From Calditrichaceae bacterium (lineage in GTDB: Bacteria; Calditrichota; Calditrichia; Calditrichales; JBFXGD01): DNA of 64,000 bases. The notes beneath the pieces were generated by a model, which saw nothing but the letters and a program-made list of their open reading frames with translations, searched no databases and was not told the DNA's origin. A program made the translations under genes and the position numbers. The stretch is from contig JBFXLE010000009.1 in assembly GCA_050173015.1 (NCBI GenBank), positions 98,913 through 162,912 of the forward strand, in the 5' to 3' direction. Below are positions 27,801 through 35,041 of this stretch, piece by piece. The stretch's first letter is position 1; each line of letters opens with the position of its first letter.

Positions 27801-27897
27801 CGAGAAGAAATTGTTTCTGCAAAAGAAATTAACAAGATCTAAATTTGAAGATTCAGTTCTAATGAATAATCAAGCAATTAGTGTGACAAAAATTTGA
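21826..27897 (+). CDS. Giant STAND-type P-loop NTPase with an N-terminal Cap4/DUF4297-like PD-(D/E)xK nuclease and a long helical-repeat C-terminus (Avs-like antiviral ATPase candidate)
   Basis: The N-terminus SGERAAMGGYLPQFDEFAW...AEKLDDIQYS..EIHAYQVKW matches the DUF4297 pattern (GG..GF.YQ ... E..DD ... QVK). Walker A is FLLGGPGSGKSTLLNQW and Walker B is TIILIDGLDHV, followed by about 1500 aa of helical sequence. I prefer the ATG at 21826 over the TTG at 21796. Confidence 0.65.
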   Translation: MNEEIVSASGERAAMGGYLPQFDEFAWFVYLNLINKKLEWIRIADSKAEKLDDIQYSTHSEIHAYQVKWTIADANISFANFTDLFPLITSSWKSLKTANPSKKIIPHLITNKPISSHDSLKVGDTKIGSFQDFVSEVWVKLKSNQSIDDKWKQVLEELKKSSKLNDSEFGEFIISFDFQPDYKQKQFSIGNIKYSKEDEDLQQISRYIVQKVASPKRVVEFTRQEIIKELGWSDRFKTIFNHELIVDRQRYQPIQSTIDLLNSKLEEHKNGYLFLLGGPGSGKSTLLNQWSKGLKTRIIRYYAFDFVNPSSHLNFYERGNATHLFFDLVFQLKEAGIYKRDILPYKDLLFLKDVFNEQLSAIGEDFVTNGQSTIILIDGLDHVPREYKSTTNSFLRELPLPSSLPNGVFIILGSQSYELEDIQQEIKTEFQKGNRTIQIDPLKKEEVYKYIDNLDTSIQLNGSQKLQIFEKSEGHPLYLSYLIEKINNADSINDTIESFEVIDGSIDNYYKKIWEPIQKEDSQIQFLGLIARINGLIKLQFIQEWDFQPSVLKSFREKARFLFNETEKTLSFFHNSFKQFLLHHTSLNYLTDEFDPTINVNYHSQLTDYYVKSEIEKSWKQNHHLFQAKQYDKFISEVTPNSITEQLLNFRPAEEIKQDAKLGVEIARQNKDINTLVRYLFSLAEIERRLFNIDPTSFIEELLYLNKYDLARDYLRTGNTLHCSESYAFKACRLFIESGHKSEGATLYNLAYPEIITDSGIHIDDSHRYEEIRDSLEEWIYTSPYFEATENIFSIIEKIQFSGSIRKNRFEEEESDLLLRLLSNLGYSLVDQNKWDDFNKVIEKIDSRSSRGRNSLFQLIKYAIEQCLDLKDSSRVNEYLSFLTTHFTKEKTKSIGKIFIADLVYKVTRDLNETYSWIKEVEQPSNVGKDQLGYDDSLDAFLPLIKLNKLLNLCGKGVSITSAIPSVAKGTDEEVLVEFERMLCITTQILAEGILQTPMPGDPIKRVFPIVRFYYKEISHRNSYWYKLTQAKGQYYDFLISAVSELGTEKLELLGDYLFSEFKNIPKYWSTSVQRKIIKSLLNKGFNAKKAVIKLRSIEDSMLEGHDIDGRITECLAHSKVWFILGKLDEGEIWLKQAIQESIGVGYRKDYQFSTWIEWLRKINHKDPSKATERIKWFLSHLKHIKETTEGRAYWNASEELLEVAYEHNLEDGLEQAIWQLKNDLIDFKDSIALFIKYFMIKTKSKEEFKSIVQLYSDLYLLLAESANSSLLKSILEKGHEILKEDFLVEHAQAIISAIEIKAYEETRHYLLSEIDNFYTSKGLKAEDYYSRFNIPAKSERNSSSTSSNTLTLKTDHEKIDESEVLKRVTNFEDFKKIIQEEDQANSFFNWSKVIDKIAPLLSSSQIEEITKLARIGRRESDFYAKLSEAALELENTELATSLANKSIELSSESGWVKYYDGGTRINAFNALKRINPAISSNKAFEVFAHDIVTSNYPSSYIEHLEDIVPLLTENYVEEELWHEIYGYLQRLMSNSKPVEDLPVLPSLNRPIIETLVDYMVYLSQSPVSIIKEQSLQLLAKYINQDNDYALTQLLNGRLDDYSSMNVMMKLTAFNSPKVHLLKSKINSLAISNDYQLRESSKQILSSIQEEIPTPKNIELSKVYSFHIPETEKPDFRKEIDPYFPEVDTNDPRDLIRPFEFLIKILSEESGINESNLIYRAYSIMKEIGREEEWSVEYEKKLRNHLEEIYLRYSYPRPRVIAARRAIMHVTNELIDSGTIDDERIQKPFISHDYAVLFFNEIAKPEFIQTIKERDFGGVGNDWLDRIGESERLNESILDYNDNFKIIAEYNQVKNLDWGSPTEEYMYQIAVNEELDEEDNYIFGSVFHQLSSNYHDLRSGGHFIVVVRDHRFDQFDLKSKWIAINPVLARYLGWEPETTKLFAWKNSQGELMAESIYWSNGNINMTPRKDGEVGEGWFVIVSKDGLEKIKSIEKKLFLQKKLTRSKFEDSVLMNNQAISVTKI

Positions 27898-27904
27898 CCA
27901 TGAA

Positions 27905-27990
27905 TCCAAACGCTCGCATCCATACACATTGGCAAATCGCACAGGACAGCCACACCAGCCAAAATTTGCCAAAGAGTATGGCTGCACCAA
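27905..27990 (+). repeat. IR-B4: structured inverted repeat immediately downstream of the STAND gene
   Basis: The arms catacacattggcaaat and atttgccaaagagtatg form the repeat. Relative to IR-B2, both arms changed together (tttgcaatt/aattgcaaa became ttggcaaat/atttgccaa). Confidence 0.75.
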
Positions 27991-28023
27991 CGCCGCCAGA
28001 AAAGAAAATGAAAAAGCACGGGC

Positions 28024-28145
28024 ATACAACAATGTGTATAATTCATAAGGGTTTCAGCGGATTGCAAGCCGTATCACCCGCATCAAATTCGGGTGGTAAC
28101 TTGATAAGTAAAAAGTTCGCAATCCCTTACGAATCATAGTTAGCT
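28024..28145 (+). repeat. attC-like site 7 (subtype Y), last in the array
   Basis: catACAACaatgtgtataattcataaggg pairs with cccttacgaatcataGTTAGCt. The centre (gggtttcagcgg...ggtaacttgataag) is homologous to attC-3. Confidence 0.6.
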
Positions 28146-28285
28146 CCAAGGCTAAAAAATAGAAACAAAAAGAATAAAATGTTTGCCAAAAGAATAGAAA
28201 TAAAAGCCACCGCACAGTAAGCACATTTGCAATTCGCGCGAGCCGGCGCGAAAACCAAAAATTGCAAAAGATTGCAATCTTGCCG
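28146..28285 (+). repeat. Terminal scaffold leader plus IR-B5 (no cargo)
   Basis: ccaaggctaaaaaatagaaacaaaaagaataaaatgtttgccaaaag matches the leader of scaffold copies 2 and 3. It is followed not by the integrase vestige but by gccaccgcaca..cacatttgcaattcgcgcgagccggcgcgaaaaccaaaaattgcaaaag..cttgcc. That sequence combines the left edge of IR-B1/B3 with the body of IR-B2. Confidence 0.7.
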
Positions 28286-28659
28286 GCGCGTGACTGAATA
28301 CGAATAGAAAACTATATAATTTGGAATTGAACTAATGAAATTATCACCCGCGCGATTAGAGAACTTGATCCCGGAATTTATCGGATATCTTATCCGTTAA
28401 GTATAAATAATATCGAAATTATAACTGTACGACATAACACTTTTATCAGAAACAGATCCTAAAAAATAAATCAAAGGCGATACAACAACACAATCAAGGT
28501 AACAAAAAAGCGGTTACTGTAGATTGTCTCCCTATTATTACACACCGTGGTAGATCATCAGAAACCCGACAAGCGCCGGACGCCGGTTTTTTGCGCCAAA
28601 ACGTGGAGGTGATACCTTATGCAAAAAACGATTTTAAAAAATAGTACAGGATTTAAACT

Positions 28660-30057
28660 ATGATAAAAACGATCATTTTTCTCATCGCCATAAGTATTGC
28701 ATCGCAACTCAATGCTCAAAGCAAAGAATCTCTTTCTCCAATAATATTTATTTATGATGCCAGTGGCTCTATGTGGGGTCGGATACAAGGCGAAACAAAA
28801 ATGGAGATTGGCGCTGATGTCTTATCTGCCGCTGTAAATAGCCTTCCCGATAATCAAAAAACAGGATTTGTCGTCTACGGTCACCGTAAGGAGGGTGATT
28901 GCGCCGATGTGGAGTTTCTGGTTGATGTTGAAAGTGGAACAAAAGCTGATGTTATTCAAGCGGTTAAGGGGATAAAGCCGCTCGGAAAAACGCCTTTGGC
29001 ATATTCCGCTTTACAGGTGATGAATAGAATGCGTCAAACCAAATTTAAAGCAACCATTATATTAATTACTGATGGAATAGAATCTTGTGACGGAGATATT
29101 TGTGATGTGATACAAGCTGCTAAAAAAGAAGGTATTGATTTTAAACTTCATATAGTTGGGTTTGGTTTAAAAGACGCAGATACCCGGCAATTAAAATGCG
29201 CTGCCGACGCGGGAGGCGGAAATTATTATAACGCGGAAGATGCCGGTGGTTTAGGTGATGTTTTAGGTGAAGCGTCTAGTATGACTGTTGACGAGCCGAA
29301 AGGAAATTTTTCGGTATTTGCCGGAAAAAATGGTGTGGCTATAGATGCCTGGGTAAAAGCCTTTGATATTGTAAGCAAACGAAAGCCGGTCATGGTTCGA
29401 ACCTACCAGGATACCGCCTATTTTTATTTACCTCCCGGTACATACAATTTTGAAGTGGTCCCTTTGGAGGGGAGTGATATGGATATGATAACCGTTTCTA
29501 ACATTGAAAGTTTTGAAAATAAAATGACGCATCAAACCATTTCTTTCGATGGAGGAAAACTTGGTATTACCACAACCAACAATGGAAAAAACTGGGATTG
29601 TATCGTGAAATTAATCGACCAAAAAGGAAAGGTCGCCGCGTCAGTTCGAACCTACTCCGCGCCAAAAGAAGTGGAAGTAAATCCAGGCTCTTATAAAGTT
29701 TCCATTCAGGCATTAGCTATGGAAGGAATAAATACCTATACAGAATTAGAAAATAATGTTATCCGGGCTGGCGGTATGACACCGGTTTCGTATGATTTCA
29801 AAACCGGTAATTTTGAAATATTTACAAAAGCAGGTAATGAAAATATAGACGCTGCTGTCTCCTTAAAAGAAATGATTTCCGGTAAAAGCGTCGCCGGGTC
29901 ACGTACCTACACGAAAGGGGCAAAATTTCTGCTCAATCCCGGCACATATGAAGTAAAAGTTGTGCCGCTGGGATCTCATAAGGGTAAAGACGCTCAAATA
30001 TTTACTATACAGGTAAAACAAGGTGAACTTACCACTAAAGAAGTGAAATTTTTCTGA
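28660..30057 (+). CDS. Secreted von Willebrand factor type A (vWA) domain protein
   Basis: Signal peptide, the MIDAS motif IFIYDASGSMWG, ILITDGIESCDG, and a repetitive beta-rich C-terminus. Confidence 0.75.
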   Translation: MIKTIIFLIAISIASQLNAQSKESLSPIIFIYDASGSMWGRIQGETKMEIGADVLSAAVNSLPDNQKTGFVVYGHRKEGDCADVEFLVDVESGTKADVIQAVKGIKPLGKTPLAYSALQVMNRMRQTKFKATIILITDGIESCDGDICDVIQAAKKEGIDFKLHIVGFGLKDADTRQLKCAADAGGGNYYNAEDAGGLGDVLGEASSMTVDEPKGNFSVFAGKNGVAIDAWVKAFDIVSKRKPVMVRTYQDTAYFYLPPGTYNFEVVPLEGSDMDMITVSNIESFENKMTHQTISFDGGKLGITTTNNGKNWDCIVKLIDQKGKVAASVRTYSAPKEVEVNPGSYKVSIQALAMEGINTYTELENNVIRAGGMTPVSYDFKTGNFEIFTKAGNENIDAAVSLKEMISGKSVAGSRTYTKGAKFLLNPGTYEVKVVPLGSHKGKDAQIFTIQVKQGELTTKEVKFF

Positions 30058-30479
30058 TGAAAAAAGGATTTAAACCAGCCGGTATTGCCTTTTATTTTTT
30101 AACGCTTATTGTATTTTTTATTATTGGGATTTACATAGCGGGATTTGTCGGAGCAGGAAAGAATCAAATGTTAGCCGGGGGAGCCATCGTTGTAGGATGG
30201 GGAGTTTTATTTGCCGCTATTGCCTTTTTTGCTTCTTTCTTTATCGCTTATTATGCGCAGCACAGGAACATCGTACGCCTTAATTGGATATTATTAGTGT
30301 TGTTAGTGATTCTCTACGGAATTACTCAGTATCGTTATATCGAACGTCAAAAAGAAAAGAAAAATGAGGAGATCAGGAAAGAACAGCCCCAAAAGAAAAC
30401 GACAAAGTCTGTTCCTGTGGAGCCATCTTCAATGACCTATGAAAAAATTGCATTGAAAAAGAGTCCCATTGAAATATAG
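30057..30479 (+). CDS. Small membrane protein
   Basis: 140 aa. TGATG overlap with the vWA gene. Four hydrophobic helices and a charged C-terminal tail. Confidence 0.55.
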   Translation: MKKGFKPAGIAFYFLTLIVFFIIGIYIAGFVGAGKNQMLAGGAIVVGWGVLFAAIAFFASFFIAYYAQHRNIVRLNWILLVLLVILYGITQYRYIERQKEKKNEEIRKEQPQKKTTKSVPVEPSSMTYEKIALKKSPIEI

Positions 30480-30555
30480 CCCGAAGCATTTCAGGTTTGA
30501 GATTCAATAATGGGAATTGGTTTCTTTAGCCAACAATTATTTGAACATTCCAGTT

Positions 30556-32418
30556 TTATTGTCGTTCCATTGTTTTTTTTCCGAATTCCGAATCAAGTGG
30601 TATCAAAGTCAGCAAAATAAATCCGGGAATCGTGGCCAGCAGAATCCATATAAAAAAGTGCTGGTAACCAATAAGTTCCTGCAGCCAGCCGCTAAACATG
30701 CCCGGTATCATCATGCCAAGAGCCATAAATCCTGTTGTAATGGCAAAATGAGCCGTTTTATGAGTCCCTTCCGAAACATAGATCATATATAACATAAAGG
30801 CTGTAAATCCAAAACCGTAACCGAATTGTTCGATCGCGACACATAGATTGATTATCAGGAAATTATCCGGTTGGGCATAAGCGAGATAGATATAAACAAC
30901 ATTTGGCAGATTCATGGCGATTGCCATAGGCCACAACCAGAATTTTAATCCGTGCCGGGCGGCGACAAATCCACCCAGTAATCCCCCGGCAACAAGCATA
31001 ATTAATCCGGCGGTTCCATATACAACCCCCACCTGACCTGTTGTCAGAGCCAGACCTCCCGCTTCCTGGCTATCCAGCAGAAACGGCGCGGCGAGTTTCA
31101 CAAGCTGTGCTTCCGCAAAACGGTACAATAAAAGAAAACTGATAATTATGATAATTTTATCTTTTTTGAAAAATACCAGAAAAGTTTGAAAAAAATCCCG
31201 GATAAAGTCATCAGCTTTTCCTCTTTTTGCCGCGCGATCAGAATCAGGAAAGGGCAGCATATATTTATGATATATAAAAAAGATAACAAAAAGTACGGTG
31301 AGTATTGTGAAAGTCAGCGACCAGGCCAGCGGGATATTTCCCGACTGCGCTTTAAAATAAGCGCCGGCGGAGTGCTTTAGCCTGTGATCCGCCTGTATGA
31401 CCGCCACGGCAGGCCGGTTCCAGTTTGATTGATTAAAGACAAACCGGTTTTCGCCCGGGAGTGAAATACTTTTATCGCCTGATTCCCTTCCGAAATTAAC
31501 AACCACTTCCTTACCCGGTTCCGGAGGAGCGGAAAGTTTTAAAAAAATCAATCCGGCATTATCCGCCAGATCAGCATTTTTTTTAGGTTTTGTCTTGCCA
31601 AAATATTTTTTCAGAAAGGTCTCGATCCGGGATGATTTATCGGTTTTTGCGGCTTCCGGGGGATCTGAACCAGATATTTCGGGATTCTGTAGAACCTCGA
31701 TCTTTGCATGTCCGTTCAAGCTGTTTTGTAATTTGGCAAAATGAATCAGGGAGTCGATTACTTCTTTTGGACGCGGGATCGAACTGATCGTCAACACTTT
31801 AGGAGTTATGATAATTCCGTTTTGATCCTCCACGGTCAAATCCGGTATTTTATCCGGTGTCTGCTCCCGGGCAAGTTCCTGATTGACGGTTTTGACAACA
31901 ACTCCGGTATCAGGGAATCCGCTGTGGCTTTCAATGAATCCGGCAAAAATGATTAAAACACCCTGACCGGTAATCATCGCCAGGCGGTAAAATGTACTGC
32001 GCACTCCCACAAACCAGGCTTGCTGATGTTTGGTGAGACCGAGCATATAAAATCCATCGGCTGCGATGTCATGCGTTGCCGAACTAAACGCCAGTAACCA
32101 GAGAAATCCCAGTGTAAATTTAAAAAATCCGGGTAAAGGAAGAGTAAGGGCAACTCCTCCGAGTCCGGCGCCGATGATCAGCTGCATGGAAATAATCCAT
32201 AATCGCCTTGTTTTCAGAAGATCGACTACAGGGCTCCATAACGGTTTGATTACCCAGGGGAGATACAGCCAGCTGGTATATAGCGCGATATCAGTATTTG
32301 AAATACCCATCCTTTTGTACATAACCACCGATACCATCATCACAACGACATAGGGCATACCTTCGGCATAATAAAGAGATGGCAGCCACCACCAGGGTGA
32401 CCGTTTGTCTGAAGCCAT
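30556..32418 (-). CDS. AmpG-family MFS permease (muropeptide transporter-like) with a large hydrophilic central insert
   Basis: The N-terminus WWWLPSLYYAEGMPYVVV...YTSWLYLPWVIKPLWSPVVD is typical of AmpG. It is 620 aa, with about 200 hydrophilic residues between the two six-helix halves. Confidence 0.7.
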   Translation of the reverse strand: MASDKRSPWWWLPSLYYAEGMPYVVVMMVSVVMYKRMGISNTDIALYTSWLYLPWVIKPLWSPVVDLLKTRRLWIISMQLIIGAGLGGVALTLPLPGFFKFTLGFLWLLAFSSATHDIAADGFYMLGLTKHQQAWFVGVRSTFYRLAMITGQGVLIIFAGFIESHSGFPDTGVVVKTVNQELAREQTPDKIPDLTVEDQNGIIITPKVLTISSIPRPKEVIDSLIHFAKLQNSLNGHAKIEVLQNPEISGSDPPEAAKTDKSSRIETFLKKYFGKTKPKKNADLADNAGLIFLKLSAPPEPGKEVVVNFGRESGDKSISLPGENRFVFNQSNWNRPAVAVIQADHRLKHSAGAYFKAQSGNIPLAWSLTFTILTVLFVIFFIYHKYMLPFPDSDRAAKRGKADDFIRDFFQTFLVFFKKDKIIIIISFLLLYRFAEAQLVKLAAPFLLDSQEAGGLALTTGQVGVVYGTAGLIMLVAGGLLGGFVAARHGLKFWLWPMAIAMNLPNVVYIYLAYAQPDNFLIINLCVAIEQFGYGFGFTAFMLYMIYVSEGTHKTAHFAITTGFMALGMMIPGMFSGWLQELIGYQHFFIWILLATIPGFILLTLIPLDSEFGKKTMERQ

Positions 32419-32459
32419 GGTTTCTCCTGAATTAATCGTTAAGCAACAGCGGGGAAAAT

Positions 32460-33818
32460 TTATTCATAAATCCTTTTAAGATGGGCGCCGGGGTAGTAGT
32501 GAGAGAGAATCTGTTCTGTAGAATGGTTGCTTAGCGCCATTCCCAGAGCGCCGATTTGACATAATCCTACCCCATGGCCCCAACCGGCACCCTGTAAGGA
32601 AAAACTGACAGGAATCCCGGTCTGTCCCTCAATAGCGGTGACATTGAAAGCGGAACTATATAAAAACTTCCTGTATAATGACTGCCGGATTAAATATTCG
32701 CTATTCAGGACCAGATCTTTTTTTACGCGGTTTTGATCCAGATATTTGATTGCTAATTGTGTTATCCGGCCTGAATGTCCCCGTTTAAGGGGCTTTATAG
32801 ACAAAATGTATTTGGCGGAGATTTGATTAAATCGGTTAATTACAGAAGTGATTTCAACCTGCGGAATGGTAATGTTCCATCTGAAATATTGTCCCGATTC
32901 ATCCACTGTCCCAAGGAACTCTCCAAGCCGGTTTTCAGGTATGGTTAATGAACTGCAAAACGTTTCCGGTGTGTTCTCTACCCATTTCTGAAAAAAACGA
33001 TCATCGGTCAGCGGTCCTTCTAACTGAGGCGGTTTCGTTTCCGCGTCAATGATAGAAGTAAGATAGGGGACAGCCTCACCATTCCACAAGGATTCAAATG
33101 ACTCGGTAATGCCCCCACAGCTTTTTGAGTAACGGGCATCGCAAATATAGTCCTTAAACATCAGAACCAGTCCGGCGGTATTTTTGGCGCCATCAACGGA
33201 TTGATTTGTGAGTTGACCGGTGCCCTGGTAGCGTTGACAGCAGTCATCGTTACATACATCCATGTCCAGACTTCTGTGTTTCTGTTCGATATTGGCCAGT
33301 AGCCAGGAACGCGCGGCGATTGTTTGCGATTCAATCAGCGCGGAAGGGCAGGATGCTCCCATTTCCGATGTGGCCACGCACATAAGATACTCTTCAAGTC
33401 TCAGTTCATTTATCAATATTAAACGATCTTTATACGGTCTTATCTTTAGGCTGCCGGGCAAAAACACATCAATGTATTTATTCCAGTGAAAACCGCGTCC
33501 GGCAATGATGTTTTTAATGCGGATACCGTCTCCGGATTTTATTTTAGGGTCAGTTTTGGCGGGAAAAATGAAAACTTCTTGCTCGAATTTGTATTCTTTG
33601 CCCTGAAGCCGGAAATGGATCGATCCTTTTTCCAGGCGAAAATATATATCTTCTTCCGGGGGAATGGGGATACTACGCTCATAAAACTTTACAAGATAAG
33701 CCTTATCGGCCGGTGTCCTTATCGCGACCGAGGTAAAATCATCTTCAGGCAGAATAATGCCGACATTGATAATCGGTTCTGTTGAGGGTATAACATCCGG
33801 TGTAAGCATCTCCATCAA
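32460..33818 (-). CDS. SpoIID/LytB domain protein
   Basis: VCNDDCCQRYQG and GWGHGVGLCQIGA motifs. Confidence 0.8.
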   Translation of the reverse strand: MMEMLTPDVIPSTEPIINVGIILPEDDFTSVAIRTPADKAYLVKFYERSIPIPPEEDIYFRLEKGSIHFRLQGKEYKFEQEVFIFPAKTDPKIKSGDGIRIKNIIAGRGFHWNKYIDVFLPGSLKIRPYKDRLILINELRLEEYLMCVATSEMGASCPSALIESQTIAARSWLLANIEQKHRSLDMDVCNDDCCQRYQGTGQLTNQSVDGAKNTAGLVLMFKDYICDARYSKSCGGITESFESLWNGEAVPYLTSIIDAETKPPQLEGPLTDDRFFQKWVENTPETFCSSLTIPENRLGEFLGTVDESGQYFRWNITIPQVEITSVINRFNQISAKYILSIKPLKRGHSGRITQLAIKYLDQNRVKKDLVLNSEYLIRQSLYRKFLYSSAFNVTAIEGQTGIPVSFSLQGAGWGHGVGLCQIGALGMALSNHSTEQILSHYYPGAHLKRIYE

Positions 33819-35011
33819 TCCTTCTTTTGTTGTTTCCAGTTCAGAAAAGCGTCAATTCCCGCTCCAATAGCCGGCGCGTCGCGCAATTCGGAAATTTGAA
33901 TAAGCCTGCCGGGAGATTTGTAATATTCCTTCGCCGAGGAGTCGAGCGCGGGTTCTTTTTGGATTAAATCCTCCAGTGTCTTTTCAACCGGAACCCGGAT
34001 CAGCTTTTCTCCGGCCGGAGAATTCCACAATTCACCAAGCCGTTGACCGATGACAATCCGGTCAAGAATTTTCCCGCGGTACGGATGATTTTTTTTCGGC
34101 ATCTGCCGTCCCGGATTCAAAAAGGTGAACTTTGAGAGCCATCCGACATAGAGGGTAGTGATACGCTCAAATAAAAGCATGGCAAGATTTTCTGATATCT
34201 GACTAAACGTTTCCTGTGCCGCGGAATCTCCATTGATGGCGCGTATAGCTATCTCACTCGGGAATATATTCTTTTCTGTTATTTCAGCCGGTTCAATCCC
34301 CAGGTTGGCAGCGTATAATTTTTGAATACCCCCTGCGGAAGCAAATTGCTCCATCGAAATATTTTTGGAGTTTTTCATTTCCCAGGATTTCGCCATCCAG
34401 TCTTTAATTCCGTCAAAAGGGAAAAGCTCATTGTCTATTTTTAAGGCATCGGCGGCACCCGTGCCCCCTCCAAGATAATATGCGGTGGATACGTCCCTGA
34501 AAAGTCCGTCCTGAGAAAAATTCTCACCGATTCCGCAATAATCAGCATCACTCCCCAATTGATGAACAGGAGTAATAAAATTAATTGATCTCATCTTCAA
34601 CCGTTTTTCGAGCAACTCCGAAAAATGTACCATTCTCGGTCCGTTGGCCATTGCTTCTATGCCTCGTTTATCGCCGGTTTTCAGACCGGGAAAGCCGATA
34701 CCGGCAATGATATTCTTATGACCGCTTTTTTGAGTGATTGCCTCGATTGCCTGAGCACAGGCCTCGACGATTACCGCGCCTTGCTGCTCTTCTTCGGGAG
34801 TTGGTTTGACGGAATGATTCTCCCGTTCAAATAATTGTGCGCGTATGTCTACGGGAGTAAAATTACTAAGATAGCCTGGTATTTCCGAATACGCTAATTC
34901 AACAGAAAAATTTCCGCGTGAAAATAGTTTTGATTGATTTACATTGATAACACAGGCATTGATTTTCGTAGCTCCCCCGTCAACACCGATAAGTAAATAA
35001 TGATCAGGCAT
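33815..35011 (-). CDS. BadF/BadG/BcrA/BcrD-type ATPase (N-acetylglucosamine kinase-like)
   Basis: LIGVDGGATK phosphate-1 motif, GLGGGTGA-like YLGGGTGAAD, 398 aa. It overlaps the SpoIID gene by 4 nt. Confidence 0.6.
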   Translation of the reverse strand: MPDHYLLIGVDGGATKINACVINVNQSKLFSRGNFSVELAYSEIPGYLSNFTPVDIRAQLFERENHSVKPTPEEEQQGAVIVEACAQAIEAITQKSGHKNIIAGIGFPGLKTGDKRGIEAMANGPRMVHFSELLEKRLKMRSINFITPVHQLGSDADYCGIGENFSQDGLFRDVSTAYYLGGGTGAADALKIDNELFPFDGIKDWMAKSWEMKNSKNISMEQFASAGGIQKLYAANLGIEPAEITEKNIFPSEIAIRAINGDSAAQETFSQISENLAMLLFERITTLYVGWLSKFTFLNPGRQMPKKNHPYRGKILDRIVIGQRLGELWNSPAGEKLIRVPVEKTLEDLIQKEPALDSSAKEYYKSPGRLIQISELRDAPAIGAGIDAFLNWKQQKKD

Positions 35012-35041
35012 ATATTTTACCTTTACTCAATTTGCAGAGAT

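Larger units (their letters stand above)
6787..28560 (+). mobile_element. Integron-type gene cassette array without an intact integrase (CALIN-like), carrying defence cargo
   Basis: All 14 credible ORFs are on the + strand. Seven attC-like imperfect inverted repeats of about 120-147 bp begin with ...AAC and end with GTT.... There are three copies of an integrase vestige. By eye the region is more AT-rich than both flanks (not computed). Confidence 0.7.

Noticed and set aside
6787-28560. The island as a prophage, ICE or transposon.
   Set aside because: There are no capsid, tail, terminase, conjugation or replication genes, no intact integrase or transposase at the borders, and no terminal direct repeats that I could see. 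The only transposase is the internal RAYT.
28573-28592. The hairpin gcgccgg-acg-ccggtttttt as a terminator marking the island's right border.
   Set aside because: The stem is only about 4 bp and there is no upstream gene on that strand to terminate. Too weak to report as a feature.
30517-30792. 91-aa + strand ORF at the 3' end of the AmpG-like gene.
   Set aside because: It overlaps the well-supported minus-strand permease gene and has no motif.
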